64,000 nt of DNA from Salinivirgaceae bacterium (GCA_024405635.1 JAKSOL010000004.1:1-64000), one strand, 5' to 3'; positions 49,803 through 58,728 are shown, numbered from the stretch's first letter. Made by a program: numbers and translations. The notes: generated by a model not told the origin, from the sequence alone.

Positions 49803-50903
49803 ATGGGTGATAATAAACCGAAATACATTGAAGGCGTGGGTTGGCGGTATGAGACGGTGCATAGCCAGAAACGACGCATGAAATCCCATCACTATAATGA
49901 GGTGGGCACATATCTCGTCACCGTCGTAGTGGAGGGGCGTAAGCCTGTCTTCGGGCATATCGCCGGCAACATTAAGGCATCACCTACTGCACCCGATTAT
50001 CCAGTCACTGTATTATCGCCGCTAGGCGAGAATCTGCTCCACGAGCAGCTTCCGAAGATACACGCTGTTTACCCGATGGTGGACGTGTGGCGCCTGTGTG
50101 TCATGCCCGACCATCTGCATATCATCATCCGCATCAACGCCACCTTGCCACCGAAGAAACACCTGGGCACCATCATAGGCGCTTTCAAGGGCGGCATAAG
50201 TCGAGCATGGGGAGGCGGCACTCTCTTCGAAGATAACTACAACGATCGCATCCTTATGCGCGATGGGCAGTTGGAGAACTGGAAGGCATACCTCGACGCT
50301 AATCCTTATCGCTGGCTCGTCAGGCATTCACGCCCAGAGCTGATGCAGAGAGCGCTGTGCCTCGTCATCAACGGTGTCAGGTATGGAGCCTTCGGTAATT
50401 TCATGCTGCTCAGGCACCCCGAGAAGGTGCAGGTCTTCTTTCACCGGAAGATGGTGGATGACAGGCTGACGCCTGACATACAGGGACCGCAAGCCACGAC
50501 GAGCATACAGGGGCAAGCCACGATGAGCGTATGGAGGCAGAAGATACCCACCGAGCAGACGCTTTTTTGGCAGAAGGAACACGCGAGGTTGATAGAGATG
50601 GCGGAGCAAGGCGATGTGATGGTGACACCAGGCATCAGTGAATGCGAGAAGCGAATAAAGAACGAGTGCCTCCAGCAGCACCATAGGATCATACACCTAC
50701 AGGCGGAGCCTATCGGCAGTTATTGGAAGCCAGAGCGCAGCCGTTTTGAGGCTTGCACAGCCGGTAGCCTCCTCATACTTGCTCCATGGGCGGAGGATCT
50801 GGAGGGAGACACCGACTATGACCGCTTTCATAATCTTAACACCCTCGCTGCGAGCATCTGCCAGCTGAATGTGCAGGCTGCTATGCAGATAACAACAGGC
50901 TGA
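49803..50903 (+). CDS. Y1 HUH transposase (IS200/RAYT-like) fused to a C-terminal DprA/Smf(SLOG)-like domain
   Basis: YLVT, MPDHLH (HUH), YNDRI, YLDANP (catalytic Tyr); C-half GNFMLL, VTPGISECEK, IIHL, LLILAPW resembles a DprA-type Rossmann fold (less certain); GC/CpG-rich relative to its neighbours. Confidence 0.72.
   Translation: MGDNKPKYIEGVGWRYETVHSQKRRMKSHHYNEVGTYLVTVVVEGRKPVFGHIAGNIKASPTAPDYPVTVLSPLGENLLHEQLPKIHAVYPMVDVWRLCVMPDHLHIIIRINATLPPKKHLGTIIGAFKGGISRAWGGGTLFEDNYNDRILMRDGQLENWKAYLDANPYRWLVRHSRPELMQRALCLVINGVRYGAFGNFMLLRHPEKVQVFFHRKMVDDRLTPDIQGPQATTSIQGQATMSVWRQKIPTEQTLFWQKEHARLIEMAEQGDVMVTPGISECEKRIKNECLQQHHRIIHLQAEPIGSYWKPERSRFEACTAGSLLILAPWAEDLEGDTDYDRFHNLNTLAASICQLNVQAAMQITTG
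50461..50530 (+). repeat. REP-like palindromic repeat inside the HUH gene
   Basis: ACAGGCTGACGCCTG hairpin, then two CATACAGGG..GCAAGCCACGA units; first 38 nt are 34/38 identical to 50895-50932. Confidence 0.75.
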
Positions 50904-50958
50904 CGCCTGCCGCACAGGGACCGCAAACCACGGCACAGGGGCTGCAAACCGCCCCTAT
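50895..50958 (+). repeat. REP-like palindromic repeat overlapping the HUH gene stop codon
   Basis: CAGGC-TGAC-GCCTG hairpin, two CACAGGG..GCAAACC units, AGGGGC-N8-GCCCCT hairpin (50937-50956). Confidence 0.75.
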
Positions 50959-51011
50959 GTCAATGGCGTTAGCTTTTGATGATACCAACAAGAACAACAA
51001 AACAACAAACT

Positions 51012-54000
51012 ATGGCACAATACAATATCATAGCAGAGCAAGAAGAATATACTGTAGTCAGTGAGTATGAAGCAGAGTATGGCAGACCAGACAAGTATCA
51101 GTCAGAGGCTATGCTTGAAAAGGACTTCATCAAGGCACTCACAGAACAAGGCTATGAATACCTTCCTATTCATGAGGAAAAAGACCTTGTGGATAACCTC
51201 AGAGTTCAGCTGCAGAAACTGAACAACTACACATTTACTGATGGTGAATGGGAAAGATTTTTCAGAGAGAACCTTGCCAATAAGAATGATGATATTGTAG
51301 CCAAGACCACCAAGATACAAGAGGATTATATCCAAGTCCTAAAATGTGATAGTGGTGAAAGCAAGAACATCTACCTCATAGACAAGAAGAACATCCACAA
51401 CAATTACCTGCAAGTCATCAACCAATATGAAGAAGGTGGTGGTGTCCATGACACAAGATATGATGTCAGCATATTGGTGAATGGTCTGCCATTGGTTCAT
51501 GTGGAACTGAAAAGAAGGGGTGTTCAACTAAAAGAGGCTTTCAACCAGATAAACAGATATCAAAGAGATAGTTTCTGGGCTGGCTGTGGATTGTATGAGT
51601 ATGTGCAGATTTTCATTATCAGCAATGGCACAAACACCAAGTATTACAGCAATACCACCAGAGCCAACCACTTGAAGGAGCAACAGCAAGGTTCGGCAAA
51701 GCTCACCAACCGGAAGAAGACGAGCAACTCATTTGAGTTTTCATCATTCTGGACTGACAGCAACAACAAGGCTATCCTTGACCTCATAGACTTTACCAAG
51801 ACCTTCCTCTGCAAGCATACACTGCTGAATGTGCTGACCAAGTATTGTGTCTTTACAACAGAGAGGATGCTGATGGTGATGAGGCCTTATCAGATAGCAG
51901 CCACAGAAAGAATTATACAGAGGATAAACATAGCCAACAACTATAAGCAGTGGGGTAAGATTGAAGGTGGTGGCTACATTTGGCACACCACTGGCTCTGG
52001 TAAGACATTGACCTCATTCAAGACTGCTCAACTGGCATCAAGACTGGACTACATAGACAAGGTGCTGTTTGTGGTAGATAGAAAAGACCTGGACTACCAG
52101 ACTATGAAGGAGTATAACAGATTTGAGGAAGGTGCTGCTGACAGCAATTCTTCAACATCTGTATTACAGAGGCAGTTGGAGAACAAGGACAAGAATGGGG
52201 CTTACCACAACTATAAGATTATTATTACCACCATACAGAAACTCTCCATCTTTGTGCAGAAGAACAAGGGGCATGAGATTTTCCAGAAAAGGGTTGTCAT
52301 TATCTTTGATGAATGTCATAGAAGCAACTTTGGCGAAATGCATACAGCCATCACCAAGAACTTCAAGAAGTATCATCTGTTTGGTTTTACTGGCACACCT
52401 ATCTTTGCACAGAATGCTCCTTCGACAGGCTCAGGAACCGCCATGAAGACAACACAGCAAGCCTTTGGTGACAAACTGCATACTTACACCATTGTTGATG
52501 CCATAAATGATGAGAATGTCCTTCCATTCAGAATAGACTATGTGAACACATTGAAGCAGAAGGAGGACATCAAGGATAAGCAGATTTCAGCCATTGACAG
52601 AGAAAGGATTATGTCTGCTCCAGAGAGGGTTGAAGAAGTGGTGAAGTATATTCTTGAACACTTTGACCAGAAGACAAAGAGAAGTTCCTACTACTCATTC
52701 AGAACAACACAGAACATTGGTGAAGTGGCAAGTGCTGGTAAGGGCAAGGAAATTAAGGAAAAGAAACTGGCACAGAAGTTGGCTGGTTTCAATGCTATGT
52801 TTGCTGTGGCATCCATCCCAATGGCAAAGGCTTACTACAATGAGTTCAAGAAACAACAAGCCTCACTGCCAGAAGCCCAGAGATTGAAGGTAGCCACTAT
52901 CTATTCCTATGGAGCAAATGAAGAAGAAGTTGATGGTATTTTGGCAGAAGAAAATCCAGAGAGCACAACAAGCCTTGACCAGCAGTCAAGAGATTTCCTT
53001 GAAGGTGCTATCAAGGATTACAACCAGATGTTCAATACCAACTATGACACCAGCAATGACAAGTTCCAGAACTACTACAAGGATTTGTCATTGAGAATGA
53101 AGAACAGACAGGTTGATTTGCTGATTGTGGTGAATATGTTCCTTACTGGCTTTGATGCTACTACACTGAACACTCTGTTTGTAGATAAGAACCTCAAACA
53201 GCATGGATTGATACAAGGTTATAGCAGAACCAACAGAATATTGAACTCCATAAAGACCTTTGGCAATATAGTCTGTTTCCGCAACCTTCAACAAGAAACC
53301 GACGATGCTATCGCTCTCTTTGGCGACAAAGACGCAAGCAGTATAGTCCTTTTAAAAGACTTTAAATCCTACTACAACGGATACGACACCGCGAAGGGCA
53401 AGCACTGCTATGGATATGTCGAATTAGTGGAGCAGCTGAAGCAGGAGTTCCCTGACGGCAGACCCACTATGGGTGAGCAAGAAGAAAGAAGGTTCATCAG
53501 TCTGTTTGGTAGTCTGTTGAAATCTATAAATGTGCTTCAAGCCTTTGACCAGTTTGAAGGAAAGGAACTGCTCACTGATGGTCAGATGCAGGACTATCAG
53601 AGCCATTACCTTGATTTGAGGGATAAGTGGAGAAAGAGAACTCATGCAGACAAGGAGGTTGTGAATGATGACCTTATCTTTGAAACAGAACTCATAAGAC
53701 AAGTAGAAATCAACATTGACTACATCCTCATGTTGGTGAAGCAGTATCATGACAGCAACTGCAAGAACAAGGAACTGCTGGTGAACATCAGCAAGGCAAT
53801 AGGTGCAAGTATGAACCTCAGAAGTAAGAAGGAACTTATTGAAAGTTTTATTGCAACAATCAACAGTGGCGTGGATGTGAATGGAGCGTGGGAGGAATAT
53901 GTGAAGCTTAAAAAGCAAGAGGAACTAAACACCATAATACAAGAAGAGAAGTTGAAGGCGACCGAGACCAAGAAGTTTGTTGAGAACGCCTTCCGCGACG

Positions 54001-54143
54001 GACAACTGCGAACCACAGGAACCGACATAGACAAGATACTGCCTGCAATGTCTCGCTTTGGTGGAGGCGGAGACAGGAGTCAGAAGAAGACGTCTGTTAT
54101 TCAAAGATTGAAGGATTTCTTTGAGAAATACTTTGGACTGTAA
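51012..54143 (+). CDS. hsdR: Type I restriction endonuclease subunit R
   Basis: RYDV..LVNGLPLVHVELK nuclease motif, QINRY, WHTTGSGKT Walker A, DECHRS, FTGTP, MFLTGFD, QGYSRTNR. Confidence 0.96.
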   Translation: MAQYNIIAEQEEYTVVSEYEAEYGRPDKYQSEAMLEKDFIKALTEQGYEYLPIHEEKDLVDNLRVQLQKLNNYTFTDGEWERFFRENLANKNDDIVAKTTKIQEDYIQVLKCDSGESKNIYLIDKKNIHNNYLQVINQYEEGGGVHDTRYDVSILVNGLPLVHVELKRRGVQLKEAFNQINRYQRDSFWAGCGLYEYVQIFIISNGTNTKYYSNTTRANHLKEQQQGSAKLTNRKKTSNSFEFSSFWTDSNNKAILDLIDFTKTFLCKHTLLNVLTKYCVFTTERMLMVMRPYQIAATERIIQRINIANNYKQWGKIEGGGYIWHTTGSGKTLTSFKTAQLASRLDYIDKVLFVVDRKDLDYQTMKEYNRFEEGAADSNSSTSVLQRQLENKDKNGAYHNYKIIITTIQKLSIFVQKNKGHEIFQKRVVIIFDECHRSNFGEMHTAITKNFKKYHLFGFTGTPIFAQNAPSTGSGTAMKTTQQAFGDKLHTYTIVDAINDENVLPFRIDYVNTLKQKEDIKDKQISAIDRERIMSAPERVEEVVKYILEHFDQKTKRSSYYSFRTTQNIGEVASAGKGKEIKEKKLAQKLAGFNAMFAVASIPMAKAYYNEFKKQQASLPEAQRLKVATIYSYGANEEEVDGILAEENPESTTSLDQQSRDFLEGAIKDYNQMFNTNYDTSNDKFQNYYKDLSLRMKNRQVDLLIVVNMFLTGFDATTLNTLFVDKNLKQHGLIQGYSRTNRILNSIKTFGNIVCFRNLQQETDDAIALFGDKDASSIVLLKDFKSYYNGYDTAKGKHCYGYVELVEQLKQEFPDGRPTMGEQEERRFISLFGSLLKSINVLQAFDQFEGKELLTDGQMQDYQSHYLDLRDKWRKRTHADKEVVNDDLIFETELIRQVEINIDYILMLVKQYHDSNCKNKELLVNISKAIGASMNLRSKKELIESFIATINSGVDVNGAWEEYVKLKKQEELNTIIQEEKLKATETKKFVENAFRDGQLRTTGTDIDKILPAMSRFGGGGDRSQKKTSVIQRLKDFFEKYFGL

Positions 54144-54229
54144 CCGCAATTTACAAAAGCCGGTAGCAAAATAGCTATCAATGAGGTTATTGAAGCTTGC
54201 TTGTGATTGATAAGCAGCCCGATTTTAGC

Positions 54230-57200
54230 CTATTCTTCTTCGCTCTCAACGCTTGGCGAGTCTTCTTTTTTTGCTTCGGCTTTGCTTTCTTTTTTCTGTT
54301 GGCGGCGGGCAAAAATCTTGCTGCGAAGGTGCTTCAGGTCGTTAAACTCTTCGGTGTAAAGGAAACCTACGCCACGAGTGTAAGGTGCATCGTAAATCAA
54401 GTCGTCGTTCACTTTTTGGAAAGCGCGTAAGCGTAAGTTGCCGGCTTTGTTCACCTTAAGTTCGGCCGAGATGTCGGTGGTGAATTGCGAGTTGTTGTTG
54501 GTAGTGGCGGTGTTGTTTTGCTGTCCGCTCATGCCAAGGTTGCTATTTATTATAAGTCGGTCGTTCCAAAGAGTGGTTGACAAAGCAAGTTCGTATTCTT
54601 CGTTGCTTATGTCGGTTTCGGGACGGTAGGCAAAACCAAGGTCAAAGTCGTTGCTAATTTGGCTAATCCATTTGCTAAGTTGGTTCGATAGCACTTCGCT
54701 GGCGGTGGTGGCGGTTGAGTTGGTACCCGACGAGTTGTTACTGCTTTGTGCTGTGGCGTTTGGCAGAGGCGCAAATTTGTTAAGCACAAGCAGGTAAATA
54801 ATTTGTTGGTTAAGGTTTTCCTCGGGCAGGTTGTTCAGTTGTTCAACAACTTCGTTGTTTGAGGTAGTTGAAGGTACTTCAACCGAGAATTTTATTGAAG
54901 GCGATTCAAGTTTGCCCGTCATTAGTAGGTGGCAGTTTACAGGCACGCGTTTTTCGCGGTCTTCTTCGTCTTTTGTAAGGTCGAAAATGGGCACGCGTCG
55001 CAGTTTGTACACAGCATCAATGTCAACAATGGCGTCGCTAGGTTTGCCGTTCAGAGTAACCGAACTTCCGCTTTGTATGTCGAGTTTTTTGCTAATAACG
55101 TTGCTCATGGTAAAAGTAAAGCTTCCTTTGTCGATAAGGTAAGTGCCGTAAATGTCGTAGTCGTCGTTGGTTGCGCTAATGCTAAGGTCGGCGCTACCGT
55201 TGGCCCAAAGAGCATCGCCAATTTTAGGGTCAAGCACAATTTGAACTTCGGCATCGGGTGTTACTTTTAAGTTTAGGTTTATGTTAACCTTGGTTTTTGG
55301 ACCGCTCAAAATTTCGTCTTCGTTAGTGGCTTTGTGAGCCAGTTCGTCGTCAATGGCATTGTGCGCTACAAATGAGAGGAAGTCGTTTTCGGCAAGGTCA
55401 GATCGGCCCTCAAGTGAAATAACGTATTTTGATTGTGGTAGCGATGTGGCGCCAATGTCGATGGTGATGGTTTGCTGCGATGCACCGTAAATGTTTGCCA
55501 TTCCGCTTGCGTAGATTTTGCCGTAGTGAATGGGCGATTGTGTGCTTTTGGTATCGATACCTATTATTTTGTCAGTAGTAGCTTTTAAGTCGATGTTGAA
55601 TATCGATAGGTTTGAGTGCCAAATGTTACCATTGATTTTAAGAGTGTTACCTTCTTTATCAACTCCAGTGGTGTTGTGGAATTGTATGGTTCGGTCTGAA
55701 AGGTAAACGGTGTCGGTTAACCAATATGGTACGTTGGTTGATGCGAGATGCAGTTTTAGGTTGCTGCTCCATAGTTTGCCGTCCCAATGTAAATCGGGCA
55801 GTTCGCCTGAAAGATGAAGTTGGCCATCGGCTTGGCCGTCGATGTCAGAAAAAATGCCATCGAGGAACATCATCAGGAATGCCATTTCTTGCTTTTGAGC
55901 ATCAACGTCAATGTCAATTTCGGCATTTTGAGGGTTTACGCTGCCGTTGAATTGCGTAAACGACTGCTCGCTGCTTCGAATGTTGCCGTCAACCAGAATA
56001 AGTTTGCGGTCGGTGTCCCAAGCGGTTGAAGCCTCAACGTTGCCAATGTGCGTTTGGTTTATCAATAGAGTATCGACATTGAGATTGCCTTTAATAATGC
56101 GTTGGTTTTTAAGGTCGCGCAACACGGCGTTGGCTGTAAGATTGCCACCAAATTGAGTGCCCAAACTAAGCAGTTGACTGGTTTTGTCGAGATTAATGTT
56201 TCGCAGTTTTATGTCAACGCTATCGGTTGGGTTGGCAGAAATAATTCCGTTCATTTTGAAGAACGACTGTGCATCGCCAATGGCAAGATGATTTACAATT
56301 ATGCTCGAGTCGCGAATGATAATTGTGGCGGGCTCGATAGATTTGGGTTGGTTCATTATAAGGTATTCCGATCGCTCGATGCTGAATACCATTTGCGAGT
56401 CTTGTTTTACAAACGAAGTGATAACGTCGCCGCTGTTGTTAATCATTTGGCGGTTGTCCCAACTTATATTTGTATCGATGCTATCGGCATGAAAGTACGA
56501 GTCGATGCGCAAGTTGCTGGCCAAACCTATGTTGCCGAAAAACAGCGAGTCGGAAGCTAACCGAAGCATAAAGAAACGTTTGTCGTTAAATACTCGCATC
56601 TGCAAGTTTTCGGCCGATACGCCATAAGCATCAACATCAAAAAAGTTGCAAAACACATCAACCTCGCCACTAGCACCATCAAACTCGCCGCTTATGCTCG
56701 ATCCTGATGCTATTTGCAGTTTGGGCATAAACATGTCGGTTATGGGCTGAGGATAGTCGGCCAAAACAGTAAAGTTAAAGTGGCTTGAGGTGTCGGGCGC
56801 AACGCCTTTGTGAGCTATGGTTTTGGGCATAAATCGGTGCCCGTAGTTTACTATTCCGCTTGCAATGTGCGATAGTTTGTATTTTCCGTCAATGGTGGCG
56901 GTTAAGAATTCTGAATTCAGTTTGATGCAACTATTGCTGTCGGCCGACTGAGTTTCGAGTTTAATAGTATCGGTTGCAAAATAGGCGCTATCGGTGTAAT
57001 AGTAAAGGTTTGTAAGTTCAAGCAAGCCGTCGGTATGGTCAATGTCGAGGTTTTGCATATTGGCAGCAAGGTCAAACTGCAAGTTGGCGGCTTTTTTGTT
57101 AGGCGAAAGGCCCAAAGCAAGCAAGTTTGCATTGTAGAGCGATGCCTTAAAGTTAGCCGACGACGAGTCGCCTAAGTTAACTTGACCATTGAAGTCGAAA

Positions 57201-58651
57201 CGCAGGTTTTGGTCAAACGAACTAATGTTGCCCACAAATTCTTTGCCTTTGTATTGCCCGTTAATGCGCATCGAGTCAATAGAGTAGTGGTTGTATTGAA
57301 TGTGGCAAATTGTGCCGTTGACAATTACGTTAGAGCGAAAGTTGTTTGCAATTAAACCTTTGGTAGTAATGTCGATGCGAGCTTTGGCGTTGTTGCCAGC
57401 GTAGGCGTTAAGGTTAATATCGGTTGAGCGTAGGCTGCCATCTATTCTGAGTCCGTTGGTTTTTTTGTCGTTTTGCAGTTGGCTATGCATCAGCAAATTG
57501 CCAATAGCAGTGCTTAGTTTGCCATCGATGCGAATATTGTGAAGCGAACCTTTTGCTTGTCCCACAAAGTTAAACTTGCCAATGGGCGCCAAGTTGGCCG
57601 ACAAGCGAGCGGCGTCGTCTTTTGAGTATTTGTTTATAATTGAAAGAATTTTGTTGGCACTACTGCGCGCTTCGGTAACACTTATGTTAAAGTCCAGGTC
57701 TTGCAGATTGTTAATGTTGTTTAGGTGAAAGTTTGTAGCCAACGATGCCGAGGTGTCAATTGAAATGGCAATGTTGTTTCCTGTGAGTGAGGAACTTGTT
57801 CCGCTAACATCGCCACTTGCTTTTATTATGTCGGTTTGGCCTTCCAAAAAATTGGCAAATGCGGCAAAATCGTTGGGGCAGAAGTATGCTCGGCTCAAAT
57901 TGGCCGAATAGGCAAACTGCTGGTTGTTGCCAAAACTTAATGATGCCAACGGAATGTTAACCCCCGAGTTGTTAAGTTTAAGTCGAAGGTTGTTTATCTT
58001 TATTTCGTTTGACGAGTAAACAAATTCAGCCGAAGCGCGTTTGGCAAAAGGTTGTCCGTTAAGATTAAAACTCAAACTATCTAAACTGGCACTTGCCGAA
58101 AGTTCGCCCCAATGCACGTTGTTAATGCAAAGGTTAAATTGGTCAACCTCGTGGCGCGTTTGGTCCGATTTGTAGTGAACCAAGCCATCTTCAATAATAA
58201 TAGAGTTTACATTGATGTTGAAAGGAAGACGAACCGAGTCGGGCGAAAAGGCAACAGTGTCTTTTTTGTTTTCGGTTAAAAAGGAAAAATTGAATGAACT
58301 ATCGGTTCGCTCAACAAAAAACTCGGGTTCAATTAAAGTAACGCTTCGCAGAATAACAATGCGCTCGTTGAAACTTATGGCGCGCAAACCAGTTGCAAAT
58401 TGGTTTATATGCGCCAAAGTATCGCCATTTGGGCAATGCAGGGTAATGTCGTGAATGGTAAGACCGCGCCTAAGATTAAACCTAAACTTGCCCACAACAA
58501 CTTTGCTGCCCAAGGTTTGACTGGCAAAGGAGGCAATGCTGTTTCCCATTAAGGTTTGCACCGCTGGCGACCGCATTATTGCCCATCCGAGCAACAATGT
58601 CCCCACGCCCACCAGAGCAAAAATGGATAGTATTTTTAGGGCTTTTTTGAT
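54230..58651 (-). CDS. TamB/AsmA-like translocation and assembly module protein
   Basis: About 1470 aa beta-taco-like protein with an N-terminal TM anchor and TamB-like C-terminus; divergent from tsaD; start uncertain (GTG 58612 or ATC 58651). Confidence 0.8.
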   Translation of the reverse strand: MKKALKILSIFALVGVGTLLLGWAIMRSPAVQTLMGNSIASFASQTLGSKVVVGKFRFNLRRGLTIHDITLHCPNGDTLAHINQFATGLRAISFNERIVILRSVTLIEPEFFVERTDSSFNFSFLTENKKDTVAFSPDSVRLPFNINVNSIIIEDGLVHYKSDQTRHEVDQFNLCINNVHWGELSASASLDSLSFNLNGQPFAKRASAEFVYSSNEIKINNLRLKLNNSGVNIPLASLSFGNNQQFAYSANLSRAYFCPNDFAAFANFLEGQTDIIKASGDVSGTSSSLTGNNIAISIDTSASLATNFHLNNINNLQDLDFNISVTEARSSANKILSIINKYSKDDAARLSANLAPIGKFNFVGQAKGSLHNIRIDGKLSTAIGNLLMHSQLQNDKKTNGLRIDGSLRSTDINLNAYAGNNAKARIDITTKGLIANNFRSNVIVNGTICHIQYNHYSIDSMRINGQYKGKEFVGNISSFDQNLRFDFNGQVNLGDSSSANFKASLYNANLLALGLSPNKKAANLQFDLAANMQNLDIDHTDGLLELTNLYYYTDSAYFATDTIKLETQSADSNSCIKLNSEFLTATIDGKYKLSHIASGIVNYGHRFMPKTIAHKGVAPDTSSHFNFTVLADYPQPITDMFMPKLQIASGSSISGEFDGASGEVDVFCNFFDVDAYGVSAENLQMRVFNDKRFFMLRLASDSLFFGNIGLASNLRIDSYFHADSIDTNISWDNRQMINNSGDVITSFVKQDSQMVFSIERSEYLIMNQPKSIEPATIIIRDSSIIVNHLAIGDAQSFFKMNGIISANPTDSVDIKLRNINLDKTSQLLSLGTQFGGNLTANAVLRDLKNQRIIKGNLNVDTLLINQTHIGNVEASTAWDTDRKLILVDGNIRSSEQSFTQFNGSVNPQNAEIDIDVDAQKQEMAFLMMFLDGIFSDIDGQADGQLHLSGELPDLHWDGKLWSSNLKLHLASTNVPYWLTDTVYLSDRTIQFHNTTGVDKEGNTLKINGNIWHSNLSIFNIDLKATTDKIIGIDTKSTQSPIHYGKIYASGMANIYGASQQTITIDIGATSLPQSKYVISLEGRSDLAENDFLSFVAHNAIDDELAHKATNEDEILSGPKTKVNINLNLKVTPDAEVQIVLDPKIGDALWANGSADLSISATNDDYDIYGTYLIDKGSFTFTMSNVISKKLDIQSGSSVTLNGKPSDAIVDIDAVYKLRRVPIFDLTKDEEDREKRVPVNCHLLMTGKLESPSIKFSVEVPSTTSNNEVVEQLNNLPEENLNQQIIYLLVLNKFAPLPNATAQSSNNSSGTNSTATTASEVLSNQLSKWISQISNDFDLGFAYRPETDISNEEYELALSTTLWNDRLIINSNLGMSGQQNNTATTNNNSQFTTDISAELKVNKAGNLRLRAFQKVNDDLIYDAPYTRGVGFLYTEEFNDLKHLRSKIFARRQQKKESKAEAKKEDSPSVESEEE

Positions 58652-58728
58652 ATTTTTGCGCGTTTAAGAACAACTGCCAAAATTATTGTTTTTGGCAAAC
58701 ATTAAAAAGCCTTTGCGGCATAGGTTTT

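Noticed and set aside
47542-50958. Short repeats in the island considered as a CRISPR array or hsdS shufflon
   Set aside because: The repeats lie within or overlap coding sequence with irregular short spacers; no cas genes, second hsdS, inverted repeats around TRDs or invertase
49794-54148. TAACCGCA at the stop codons of both hsdS (49794) and hsdR (54141), as a possible target-site duplication
   Set aside because: Only 8 bp, three of which are the stop codon; Y1 HUH transposases do not make target duplications; too weak without comparative data
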